Origin: Bacteroidales bacterium
GTDB lineage: Bacteria; Bacteroidota; Bacteroidia; Bacteroidales; UBA3663
Length of the DNA stretch: 64,000 nt
Assembly (NCBI GenBank): GCA_045600485.1
Contig: JAZRXX010000055.1
Location: 7,293 to 71,292 of the forward strand
Direction of reading: 5' to 3'
The position numbers were made by a program, and so were the translations under genes. The notes under the pieces are model-generated. The model was not told the DNA's origin. It did not search any database and worked only from the letters and a program-made list of their open reading frames with translations. Below are positions 1 through 8,680 of the stretch, piece after piece (position 1 is the stretch's first letter; every line of letters begins with the position of its first letter).

Positions 1-1
1 A

Positions 2-1230
2 GTGGGACAGTGGGCAACCTTCCCGAAACTGAGCGACATCCCGAAGTTCTCGGGCTTCATGCAGTCGGGTCACTCTATCATCTGCCGCGATCTATTGGTC
101 AAGAGTGGCATGGCGCATTTGGCCGATTCCTTCCTGTTGGCATCGGGCCGCATGCAGGTTTTGGCTTACAAATTCGAACTTGAACGCATCCGCCGTACCG
201 GCAACTATGCAGGCTACAACCTGCAGGCTTTGACCGACTACACAGGACAGGGTACTGCCAACGAAGGCATCCTCAACGTCTTTGCCGAACCGAAGGGTTA
301 CATTGAGCCCAATGAATGGCTCCAGTGGGCTGGCGAGGTGGTGGTGCTGATGCGTACCAAGGTGTTCACCTACATGAATCGCGATACGTTGCGTTTCCAG
401 CTCGAACTCTCGAACATGAGTCGTGATGCATTGTCGCAGCAGCCATGTTCCTACACATTGTGTGATGCTGAGGGCAGGGTATTGGCCGAAAAGCATTTCC
501 CTGTGCGCGACTTCGCCTGGGGTGGCTGCCAGTCGTTTGCCGACGAGGCGATTGCCTTGCGTGACCTTGGTCTGACTGATGCCACACAGCTGCGACTCGA
601 AGCGCATGTGGGCGATTACCACAATGACTGGAACTTCTGGGTCTATCCGACCGTTGTTCCTATGGATAAGGGGGATATCTACGTGACGACTGTTCCCGAC
701 GAGAAAGCCCGACAGGTGCTGGCTGCTGGAGGTAAGGTGCTGATGCTGGCTCATAATCAGTAAACATGGGCCGCAACATCAAGCAGAATTTCCTGCCTGA
801 GTTCTGGAATCCACTCTTCATGTTCCGTTATTCGTCACGCACCACCGGACTCTTGATCCGTGATCAGCATCCGCTGTTCCGTCATTTCCCAACTTCGTTC
901 CACAGCGATCTGCCCTGGTGGGATTTGGTGAACCGTACTTATCCTGTCTGGCTGGAACAGTTGCCGGAGGTGACTCCGCTGGTGCAGACCATCGACGATG
1001 CCTACTGCAACCGTCGTCTGGGCTGTCTGTTTGAGGTTCGTGTCGGTCCGGGGCGTCTGGTTTTCTGCAGTTGCGATTTGCAGAATAAGCTGAACCAGCG
1101 TCTGCCTGCCCGCCAGCTTTATTCTTCGATTCTGCAGTATATGCAGACTCCGGAGTTTCAGCCTTCTGCCGCTGTGACGTTCGAGCAGATTTATTCGCTC
1201 TTTGCGAATTTCAAGCACATGCCACTCTAG
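2..1230 (+). pseudogene. C-terminal part of a large glycoside hydrolase (GH2-like sugar-binding family), split into two ORFs (2..763 and 766..1230) by a frame change
   Basis: The first ORF ends ...GGKVLMLAHNQ* at 763. The second starts 3 nt later in another frame (MGRNIKQNFLPEFWNPLFMF...HPLFRHFPTSFHSDLPWWDLV). Together they read like one continuous C-terminal region of Bacteroidales GH2-type enzymes as I recall them. The 5' end is cut by the window edge. Confidence 0.45.
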
Positions 1231-1260
1231 TGCATCATCTTGATGTGATTAAATAATAAC

Positions 1261-1424
1261 TCACACAAAGACACAAAGAAGACGAAGGCCTGCGGCATAT
1301 TGCCTTTGAGAACTTAATACCCTTTGTAATAAATCGAGACCACACAAAGATGACTAAGGGGGAAAGACTTTTTATCTTCGTGCCTTCGTGTGAGTTTATA
1401 TACAAGTCATTGAGACGCTACACT
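1261..1424. repeat. Dispersed hairpin element of the 'tcacacaaagaagac...cttcgtgccttcgtgtgag' type, copy 1, with an internal insertion
   Basis: The arms tcacacaaag...gacgaagg and cttcgtgccttcgtgtga are inverted repeats. The tail gagtttatatacaagtcattgagacgctacact matches the copy at 55393..55476. Confidence 0.7.
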
Positions 1425-1507
1425 ACTTACTACTTTTAAGTTGAACTTTCGATCCTTGAATTTATTTATTGTATCGAACGCTAAAAGAGCGAAAATAACG
1501 AATTATA

Positions 1508-1580
1508 TTCTCAAGAAGAATTGAAGAATAGAAGTTATCTGCTAAAGAAGAATCTTCTTCTCTTCTCCTCTTCTTTGAGT
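1508..1580. repeat. Single copy of the ~75-83 bp 'ttctcaagaagaattgaagaa-agaag ... cttctcctcttctttgag' hairpin element
   Basis: Same arms as the units of the array at 3540..4356 and the copies at 55072 and 56309. It lies between convergent gene ends. Confidence 0.8.
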
Positions 1581-1656
1581 TTTATATACAAGTCCATGTG
1601 GCGGAACAGTAGTTATTCCCTCAAATTATTCGGACATTCAGGATAATGATGCCAGA

Positions 1657-3489
1657 TTATTTGAGATCCTTCAGACCTTCGTATTCGTTGATGAACTGTT
1701 CCTTCTCGCCTTGCTGCAACAGGCCGTAAGCTTTGAGCGCTGCGTCGCGATAGAGGGTCATCTTCTCCTGATTGCCCTTCTGCTTATACAGTCGGGCTCC
1801 GGTTTCGTAGAGTGAGAATTGGTCGTAATTGTAGATGATAGGATCTTTCTTTATTAGTTGTTTTAAAAATCCTTCTGATTTGAGGAAGGATTGTTCCGAC
1901 GCTTCTAGCTCATTTAGTTCTAATTGAGCATTTGCCAAATTGGAATACGCAATATTTATAAAATATAAATAAGCTTCAGGGTTCTTTTTGTAAAGTTCTT
2001 CTGTTATATCAGCATACTCTTTTTGTGAATCTACAAAATCGAGCCAATTTTTGCTCATATAACAAATTTGACCCATACTTCCCAATGCGACAAAGATAGG
2101 AGAAGAGGTCTCTTCGTTATGCTCATATATAGTACGTGCAATTTCAACTGCTCGTTTGCCTGAAGTGAGTGCGTTTTCAGTCTCCCCTAAGAACTGGAGA
2201 ACACGACAGTTGGTGCTATGCAGATTGACTAACAACTCGGCATTTTCAGCAGGTTCGGCCTGATAACGAGTCTCACATTCCTGAACGGCAGTTGTCAGGA
2301 TTTCTTGGGCTTTTTCAATCTGGTTGGTCCAGATGTAATTGTTTGCCAGAATGTATTTGAGGTTCAGCAGGTGAGCGGCAAATCGTTCCGGCTCCTTCTC
2401 TGCCATAGGTTGCAGAATCTGGAACGCCTGCTGATAGGCTGCTTCTGCCTTCTCGGACTCATGCTTGAGCATATAACCCTGGCCCAATCGGGAATAGGCA
2501 CTTGCCTTCAGTTCTGGATGCTCCTTGCAACCACGGATATAGATGCCGAAATAGGTTTCGCTCTCAGTATAGAGATTCTGGGCGAGGGCGTGATCTGCAT
2601 ATTGATAGACAGCCTCCAGATTGGTGGTGTCTGCATCGGCAACGGATTTCATAAGGTCGGTAACCTTCTGGAAGTTCTCACGTCCACCTGCCAGACGATA
2701 GGTGGCAATCTGACGATGGATGGCCTGGAAGACCTTTTCGCGTTCGCTGCGTTTTTGGGCTTCGACAACTGCCAGCTGAGCTTGGGCGCGATCGATCTTG
2801 GAAATCTCTTCGCATTGTTTCTTGTACTGTGCCTGATAGTCGGCTGACTCGTACTTCTGGATGGCTTTGTCGATCTTGCCGTCTTGCACAAGTTTGATCA
2901 GTTCGTTCTGCTGACTGGTAAGTTCGGAGAGGTCGATGCGGGCAAACTGATCGACGTAGTTCTCAAGATCTTCCAATTGCTGCTGGTACTGGTTCTCAAG
3001 GTCGAGCATCTTCTGCTGATAGGTCTCTTCGAGCATCTTGGTCTTCTTGCGCTCGGCAGCCAAACGAGCCTGTTCTGCTTTGTACTGCTTGGCGTAGCTA
3101 TCGCTGGCAATGCGGCTGTACTGGTCGCGCAATGCCATGAACTTGTCGCTGCGGCACAGCACAATCTGGAACGGACGCTGTGGCGATACGCTCCATTGCT
3201 CGATGGCTTGGCTGTTGAAGATCTCGAAGCCTGCCTTCTCGATGCGGCGCACGGTGACGCGGTCGCCTGCATGTAACGTACGGAACTTGAGGATGGCCTC
3301 ACCTTTGTCGTCGGAGAAGGCTGCGCCAGCATTGAGTACGGTGACACTCACCTGCGCCAGAGGAGTCTTGCTCTCTTTGCCGTTGTATTCGAGTACGGTG
3401 ACGTGCTGCTCACTTTGCGCCAACAGTGTTTCTGTTCCACAAAGAGCCATGCCGATCATTGCTCCGAAGATGTATTTCTTTATTTCCAT
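1657..3489 (-). CDS. Secreted coiled-coil plus TPR-repeat protein. The N-terminal ~240 aa are paralogous to the product of 4358..5155.
   Basis: The ORF is open to 3522. Met at 3489 gives a signal peptide (MEIKKYIFGAMIGMALCGTETLLAQ). This is followed by a beta-sandwich-like segment (VTVLEYNGKESKTPLAQVSVTVLNAG...DKGEAILKF), a long Q/E/K-rich heptad region and TPR-like repeats (AYSRLGQGYMLK..., AYSNLANAQLEL...). Confidence 0.8.
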   Translation of the reverse strand: MEIKKYIFGAMIGMALCGTETLLAQSEQHVTVLEYNGKESKTPLAQVSVTVLNAGAAFSDDKGEAILKFRTLHAGDRVTVRRIEKAGFEIFNSQAIEQWSVSPQRPFQIVLCRSDKFMALRDQYSRIASDSYAKQYKAEQARLAAERKKTKMLEETYQQKMLDLENQYQQQLEDLENYVDQFARIDLSELTSQQNELIKLVQDGKIDKAIQKYESADYQAQYKKQCEEISKIDRAQAQLAVVEAQKRSEREKVFQAIHRQIATYRLAGGRENFQKVTDLMKSVADADTTNLEAVYQYADHALAQNLYTESETYFGIYIRGCKEHPELKASAYSRLGQGYMLKHESEKAEAAYQQAFQILQPMAEKEPERFAAHLLNLKYILANNYIWTNQIEKAQEILTTAVQECETRYQAEPAENAELLVNLHSTNCRVLQFLGETENALTSGKRAVEIARTIYEHNEETSSPIFVALGSMGQICYMSKNWLDFVDSQKEYADITEELYKKNPEAYLYFINIAYSNLANAQLELNELEASEQSFLKSEGFLKQLIKKDPIIYNYDQFSLYETGARLYKQKGNQEKMTLYRDAALKAYGLLQQGEKEQFINEYEGLKDLK

Positions 3490-3539
3490 AACCTTTTTGT
3501 TTATTTCCGATTGAATCGCCATGTGGATCCTTATAATAA

Positions 3540-4356
3540 TCTCAGGAAGAATTGAAGAAAAGAAGCTATCTGCCCAAGTGAAATCTTCCTATCTTCACCA
3601 CTTCTTAGAGGTTATAAATTATTCTCAAGAAGAATTGAAGAAAAGAAGCTATCTGCTAAAGTGAAATCTTCTTATCTTCACCTCTTCTTTGAGGTTATTT
3701 ATTATTCTCAAGAAGAATTGAAGAAAAGAAGCTATCTGCCCAAGTGAAATCTTCTTATCTTCACCACTTCTTTGAGGTTATTTATTATTCTCAAGAAGAA
3801 TTGAAGAAAAGAAGCTATCTGCCCAAGTGAAATCTTCTTATCTTCACCACTTCTTAGAGGTTATAAATTATTCTCATGAAGAATTGAAGAAAAGAAGCTA
3901 TCTGCCCAAGTGAAATCTTCTTATCTTCACCACTTCTTAGAGGTTATTTATTATTCTCAAGAAAATTGAAGAAAAGAAGCTATCTGCTAAAGTGAAATCT
4001 TCCTATCTTCACCACTTCTTAGAGGTTATAAATTATTCTCAAGAAGAATTGAAGAAAAGAAGCTATCTACTCAAGTGAAATCTTCTTATCTTCACCACTT
4101 CTTAGAGGTTATAAATTATTCTCAAGAAGAATTGAAGAAAAGAAGCTATCTGCTAAAGTGAAATCTTCTTATCTTCACCACTTCTTAGAGGTTATAAATT
4201 ATTCTCAAGAAGAATTGAAGAAAAGAAGCTATCTGCTAAAGTGAAATCTTCCTATCTTCACCACTTCTTTGAGGTTATTTATTATTCTCAAGAAGAATTG
4301 AAGAAAAGAAGCTATCTGCCAAAGTGAAATCTTCTTATCTTCACCACTTCTTTGAG
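3540..4356. repeat. Tandem array of 10 units of ~83 bp, each an imperfect ~26-bp-stem hairpin. It fills the entire spacer between the two paralogous genes.
   Basis: The unit is tctcaagaagaattgaagaaaagaag-ctatctgcccaagtgaaat-cttcttatcttcaccacttcttagaggttataaattat. Unit starts are near 3540, 3623, 3706, 3789, 3871, 3955, 4037, 4120, 4203 and 4286. Units differ only by a mosaic of SNPs (ccc/cta, tt/cc, tagagg..aaatt/ttgagg..tttatt). There are no unique spacers. Confidence 0.95.
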
Positions 4357-4357
4357 T

Positions 4358-5155
4358 TTAGTTTTGAGGTTGCTGCGCCTTGACACCCTCCATGAAGTCG
4401 ATGGTCGCCTTGAGGGAGTCGCGGGCAATAGCCTTTTCGTTGCGGATGACCGAGAGACTGTCTTGTGTGGTGCGGATAGTCTGAATCTGCTGACTGGCCT
4501 GCTGATACTTACCAAGCAGATCCATCTGCTCATAACGAGCGATAGCTGCATCAAGCTCACCCTTTTGCACGAGTTCGATAATTTCCTGCTCCTCTTTACT
4601 CAACTCCGAGAGGTCGAAATGGGCAAACTTCTCGACATAAAGGTCGAGGTTCTCCAACTGCTGTGCATAGAAATCTTCGGTCTTCTGGAGTTCTGCCTGA
4701 TATTCTGCCTCCTTGAGCTTGCCAGCTTTACGCTCTTCGGCCAAGCGAGCTTTCTCCTGTTGGAGCTGACGGCTATAGCTGTCGCTTGCAACCTGAGAGT
4801 ATTGGTCGCAAAGGGCACGGATCTTCTCGCTCTTGCAAATCACTAATTGGAACGGTACCTGGGGCGAGACAACCCACTGCTCTACAGCTTCGAGATTGAA
4901 GATTTCGTAGCCAGCCTTCTCCATGCGACGGATGACAATAGGATCACCTGCATGCAATGTGCGGAAGGTAAGCGTCAGGAATCCTTGAGCATCGCTCATG
5001 GTAGTTCCTGCATTGTTGACCGAGAGTCCGACTCCTTGTACCGGAGTCTTCTCTTCTTTGCCATTGTACTCGACAACCTGCACTCGCTGTTCGGACTGCG
5101 CCCATGCCGATATTGCAAAGATGGCAGAGATTGTAAATGATATGATTCTTTTCAT
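4358..5155 (-). CDS. Secreted coiled-coil protein, the short paralog of the N-terminal half of 1657..3489
   Basis: The ORF is open to 5194. Met at 5155 gives the signal peptide MKRIISFTISAIFAISAWAQ. By eye it is about 50% identical over ~240 aa to the longer paralog (SEQRVQVVEYNGKEEKTP.., FRTLHAGD, EKAGYEIFN, DLSELSKEEQEIIELVQKGELDAAI). Confidence 0.8.
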   Translation of the reverse strand: MKRIISFTISAIFAISAWAQSEQRVQVVEYNGKEEKTPVQGVGLSVNNAGTTMSDAQGFLTLTFRTLHAGDPIVIRRMEKAGYEIFNLEAVEQWVVSPQVPFQLVICKSEKIRALCDQYSQVASDSYSRQLQQEKARLAEERKAGKLKEAEYQAELQKTEDFYAQQLENLDLYVEKFAHFDLSELSKEEQEIIELVQKGELDAAIARYEQMDLLGKYQQASQQIQTIRTTQDSLSVIRNEKAIARDSLKATIDFMEGVKAQQPQN

Positions 5156-5170
5156 GATTCTTCCTTTACT

Positions 5171-5220
5171 TAAAACTCTAAACCTTAAACTCAAAACCCT
5201 AAACTCAAAACCTTAAACCC
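5171..5220. repeat. Short tandem 'taaaac/ctaaac' word repeat
   Basis: The sequence is taaaactctaaaccttaaactcaaaaccctaaactcaaaaccttaaaccc, between the TIR gene stop and the next gene start. Confidence 0.8.
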
Positions 5221-5254
5221 TTGTCCTCCTACCCCCAGGGGCAGAAGGACAAGG
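5219..5254 (-). terminator. GC-rich hairpin 5 nt downstream of the TIR gene stop. It may be an intrinsic terminator or an RNA-stabilising stem.
   Basis: ccttgtcctcct (5219-5230) pairs with agaaggacaagg (5243-5254) with one mismatch, and there is an inner cccc/gggg pairing. On the minus strand it is followed by gtttaaggttttgagttt. Confidence 0.4.
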
Positions 5255-5258
5255 CTAT

Positions 5259-6380
5259 TTACTTATGCAGCAAGAAGGTCAGCTCTTTGGCAACGGTCTC
5301 TTCCGGACTGTCGAAAAGCTCGTAGCCATCGCACGAGATAAGCACATTCTTGTATTCACGCTGACGCTCCTCCGGAATGTCGATCAGGAAGTTGCCATCG
5401 GCATCGGTAGTAGCGGTGAAATCTCCACCATCGATGCTGACTAAAGCACCTGCTACCGGCTGTGTGGTCTCGAAGTCCAGTACTCGTCCGCCAAAGTAAC
5501 GGAAGGTATCGTCGCGCTTCAGGTCAAGGGTCATCTCGGTACTCAAACCAGAACCCAACAGAATGCTGGTGGCAATAGAGTCATAGTAAGGAGCCTTGAA
5601 CGAAACTTCGATTGAACCCATGCGATGGAATCCGGCTACGCTGTGCAGTTGAATGGTGGTATCGAGCTTGGTGAGCAGATAGTCGTTGCCATTGACGGTA
5701 AGCGTTCCGCCGTAACCATCGTTGGTTGTGCCGTATGGCAACTGGTGCTTGGCATCGTTGATGGTCATGGTGAGCTGTACTGGCAATGCGAACCAGTAGA
5801 GCAGGAAGGTAGCAGCGATAACCGAGAGTGTATTGACGATGATGCGACGACGACGCTCACGCTCGTGGCGCTTCCAGAGGGTATCGAACGAAACGCCCAA
5901 CATCTTGGATACAACACGGATGAAGGCCTTCTGCTGACCGACTTCGGCAATACTGACACCGAGCAACTCGGCTTCAGGATGCGACTGGGTATATTCCTTC
6001 AGGTAGCGAGGGAAACACTCGAGGTCTGGATTGTAACAGTTTGGCTGACCATCGACGATAAGTGGGATGATGCAATCCAAACGTCCCCATTCGATGAAGG
6101 ACTGGACCTCTTTGCTCACCCATTCAGATTTGGCTGAATTAGGAGAACAGAGTACGATGAGATACTTGGAGGCTTCGAGATTGTCACGAAGCACATTGCC
6201 GAGCACACCGGTGTTCAAGTCGGTCTGGTCACGGAAGACCGGACGGATGAACTTGCTGTCCTCGAACTCGTTGTGAATCTCGGTAGGCAACTTGTAGCCT
6301 TCGAGGTTCTTCTGAAGCCATTTGGCCCACTTTACGTCCTTGTGGTTGTAACTGATGAACGCGAAATTTTTTCTTTCCAT
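5259..6380 (-). CDS. TIR-domain protein with a single transmembrane helix and a C-terminal CarboxypepD_reg-like beta-sandwich
   Basis: The N-terminus is FAFISYNHKDVKWAKWLQKNLEGY...PVFRDQTDL..G......LEASKYLIVLCSPNSAKSEWVSKEVQSFIE, which is the TIR_2-type pattern including the S.W...E glutamate. This is followed by RHERERRRRIIVNTLSVIAATFLLYWFALPV (positive-inside TM helix). The C-terminus is GGRVLDFETTQPVAGALVSIDGGDFTATTDADGNFLIDI. Confidence 0.85.
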   Translation of the reverse strand: MERKNFAFISYNHKDVKWAKWLQKNLEGYKLPTEIHNEFEDSKFIRPVFRDQTDLNTGVLGNVLRDNLEASKYLIVLCSPNSAKSEWVSKEVQSFIEWGRLDCIIPLIVDGQPNCYNPDLECFPRYLKEYTQSHPEAELLGVSIAEVGQQKAFIRVVSKMLGVSFDTLWKRHERERRRRIIVNTLSVIAATFLLYWFALPVQLTMTINDAKHQLPYGTTNDGYGGTLTVNGNDYLLTKLDTTIQLHSVAGFHRMGSIEVSFKAPYYDSIATSILLGSGLSTEMTLDLKRDDTFRYFGGRVLDFETTQPVAGALVSIDGGDFTATTDADGNFLIDIPEERQREYKNVLISCDGYELFDSPEETVAKELTFLLHK

Positions 6381-6411
6381 AGTCTCAATATATGTTTAGT
6401 TTTGTTGTTGT

Positions 6412-6492
6412 TTCTATAGTTTCTATAGTTTCTATAGCTTCTATAGCTACTATAGCCTCTATAGCCACTATAGCTTCTATAGCTTCTATAGC
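6412..6492. repeat. Nine tandem copies of a 9-bp unit (ttCTATAGy) carrying the palindromic hexamer CTATAG
   Basis: The sequence is ttctatagt ttctatagt ttctatagc ttctatagc tactatagc ctctatagc cactatagc ttctatagc ttctatagc. It occupies the gap between the patatin gene stop (6494) and the TIR gene start (6380). Confidence 0.95.
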
Positions 6493-6493
6493 C

Positions 6494-8680
6494 TTAAAAG
6501 CAATAGCCTACGTTTAGCATGAGCTTGAACTCTTTGGTGCGCTCGCTCCAATAGCCGAACAGGGAGATGGGACCAGCCATGCTGCTGTAGCTGTAGCCGA
6601 ACTGTGTGCCCCATGTGAAGCCATCGTGACTAAAGAAGCTGTCCCATTGGCTGCCGATGGCGGCAACATCGACGCCACCTTGCAGATAGTGGCTCTTGCC
6701 GAGACGCTGCTGTAGTGCCATGCCTGCCGAAGCATAGGCATTTTCGGTTATATACTCGAGTGTCGGCAAGCCTGCCATGGTGAGCTGGTGATCGACCTTC
6801 ATTCCCTCGGCAAAACCTCCGACCACATTGCGAAGCGAAACTGGAACCTCGCTGACGTCATCGTGGATGATGATGCGTCCGTTGGCATGCGGAATCATTG
6901 TGAAACGCTGACCGTAGGTGTAGGCAGAACTCCAGAAGAGGCTTGCGATCGGAATACCGGTCTTGCCGTTGAAATCGACCGTATTGTCGGTGATGATATC
7001 CAGGTTGCCGACCACGCGAGTGCCTTCGATCGGGAAGTATCGCGAATTCTGTGTGTTGAACTCCGCATGGGCGTAGTACGAGAAGTAGCGGATTCGTTCC
7101 CCCTCCAACTCCGGCGCCATGTCAGCCACCGAATTGCGTACCAGCATGTCGGAGTAGTAATGCCAGTCGTACTTGAGTCCGAACGTGTAGAGCACATTGT
7201 GCCAGGTCTGTCCGAAATAAACGGCCGTGCGCTGGTGATTACTTGTCACATCGGCAATACGGCTGCCATGATTGAAATACTGTATGTCGGTATGTTCGTA
7301 CATGTAGGACAATCCGATGCGGGCATTGTTGATGAAGTTGTGACTCACTTGTATGCCACCACGCAGGCGCTGTCCTAAACGGCCATAGATGCTTGCCGAG
7401 AAGTTCCGGTTGGTGGGCAGATTGACGTTGGCTCCAAAGTGAACCGAAGCATACTCGTCGTTGTCGAAGCGTGCACCCATGCTGACGGCACTGTTGAGAT
7501 AGTTGGTACGGATGCGCTTGAAGAAATGACCGCGTTCGCTCTCTTCCAGTTCGTGCTCGTGCCTCAGAAGTGCCTTTTCGGCCAATTGTTCCTGACGCAA
7601 AGCCTGAGCCTTCTTATAGGCTAACTCAATCGGCCCATATTGCTGTTGCAGACGGGTGCGCAGCGAGACAATCTGTGGCAGACGCTGACGGGCGCGTCGT
7701 TCTCCACGGACGATGAGGGAGTCGATGTCGGTAGCGCCAAAGCTGGCCGAACTATACTCGGTAACATCGATGTCGATGTAGATGTCACTCTGTCGGATGT
7801 TCTCCTCGTACTGATGTGTACTGCTCACATCGATCACATGGGTGACAAGTTCCATGAGGTTGTTGTAGCGTTCGGCAGGAGGGGTGTTGCTGACCAAATC
7901 GCAGCCAATGATGATGTCGGCGCCCATACGTTTGGCTACATCGACCGGGTAGTTGTTGGTCACGAAGCCATCGACGAAAATCATCGAGTCAATCTGCACA
8001 GGAGTGAAAACGCCCGGAATGGCCATCGAAGAACGCATGGCTTGTACCAGATTGCCACTGTGAAACTCATAGACCTGACCGGTTATTACTTCGGTTGCAT
8101 TGCAGGCAAAGGGCATCGGCAAGGTGTTGAAGTCTGCTGAATCGGGAGCTGTTTCGGTAAGCCGTTTCAGGAAATCCTCGATGTTTCGCCCCTGAATGAT
8201 GCCTCCTCTGCCAGTGCGGCTGAACTGACGTTCGGGGTTGAGGCCGACACGCAACTGATAGGCTTCGCTGAGCTTGCGCGCTGTGAGCAGGTTGTTGCCG
8301 AAGTCGGGCGTGTCGAGCAGAAGTTGTAGCCAGTCTGTGCTTCGGGCTACACTGTCCATCTCGTCGGGGGAATAGCCCAGGGCATAGAGACCACCGACAA
8401 TGGAACCCATCGAGTTGCCCACCACAATGTCAATCGGAACGCCTGCCTCTTCCAATACCTTCAGCGCTCCGATGTGTGCCAATCCTTTGGCTCCACCACC
8501 TGCCAGTACCACAGCCACTTTGGGCCGTTGTTGTGCGGCAAGGGGGGATGAAAAGGCAACGGAGAGGAACGTCATGACGGACAGCAGGAGGGCTGTCTGC
8601 AAGGTCCGGAGCGTTTGCGTTTTGTATTTATTGACTGATTTCAATGCAGAGAGTTTAAAAAGTCCTGAATGTGCTGGCAA
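6494..8680 (-). CDS. Patatin-like phospholipase fused to a C-terminal outer-membrane beta-barrel (PlpD / type Vd autotransporter-like architecture)
   Basis: It has GGGAKGLAHIG (oxyanion GGxK/R), the GNSMGS nucleophile elbow (GxSxG) and a DGF/DG dyad region. The C-terminal half has alternating beta-strand character and ends ...LMLNVGYCF (terminal Phe). The longest ORF overlaps the upstream gene by 40 bp, so the true start may lie further in. Confidence 0.85.
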   Translation of the reverse strand: MPAHSGLFKLSALKSVNKYKTQTLRTLQTALLLSVMTFLSVAFSSPLAAQQRPKVAVVLAGGGAKGLAHIGALKVLEEAGVPIDIVVGNSMGSIVGGLYALGYSPDEMDSVARSTDWLQLLLDTPDFGNNLLTARKLSEAYQLRVGLNPERQFSRTGRGGIIQGRNIEDFLKRLTETAPDSADFNTLPMPFACNATEVITGQVYEFHSGNLVQAMRSSMAIPGVFTPVQIDSMIFVDGFVTNNYPVDVAKRMGADIIIGCDLVSNTPPAERYNNLMELVTHVIDVSSTHQYEENIRQSDIYIDIDVTEYSSASFGATDIDSLIVRGERRARQRLPQIVSLRTRLQQQYGPIELAYKKAQALRQEQLAEKALLRHEHELEESERGHFFKRIRTNYLNSAVSMGARFDNDEYASVHFGANVNLPTNRNFSASIYGRLGQRLRGGIQVSHNFINNARIGLSYMYEHTDIQYFNHGSRIADVTSNHQRTAVYFGQTWHNVLYTFGLKYDWHYYSDMLVRNSVADMAPELEGERIRYFSYYAHAEFNTQNSRYFPIEGTRVVGNLDIITDNTVDFNGKTGIPIASLFWSSAYTYGQRFTMIPHANGRIIIHDDVSEVPVSLRNVVGGFAEGMKVDHQLTMAGLPTLEYITENAYASAGMALQQRLGKSHYLQGGVDVAAIGSQWDSFFSHDGFTWGTQFGYSYSSMAGPISLFGYWSERTKEFKLMLNVGYCF

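Noticed and set aside
3540-4356. Possible CRISPR array, given regularly spaced repeats in a non-coding region next to a putative defence gene
   Set aside because: The 83-bp units are repeated in full, with no unique spacers between conserved repeats. Unit length and the long internal hairpin do not fit CRISPR repeats of 24-48 bp. No cas genes are in the window.
6494-8680. Patatin-like phospholipase as a CBASS-type (CapV-like) effector partnered with the adjacent TIR gene
   Set aside because: There is no cyclase/nucleotidyltransferase or SAVED/sensor gene nearby. The patatin domain has a signal peptide and is fused to an outer-membrane beta-barrel ending in Phe, which is the PlpD/type Vd architecture of an exported lipase rather than a cytoplasmic abortive-infection effector. 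Adjacency is kept only as an operon observation.
8641-8680. A 40-bp overlap between the hydrolase and patatin ORFs as evidence of programmed overlap or frameshifting
   Set aside because: It is more simply explained by an over-extended start call. The patatin protein may initiate at a downstream or non-ATG codon, because the signal-peptide-like region begins near residue 15-36.
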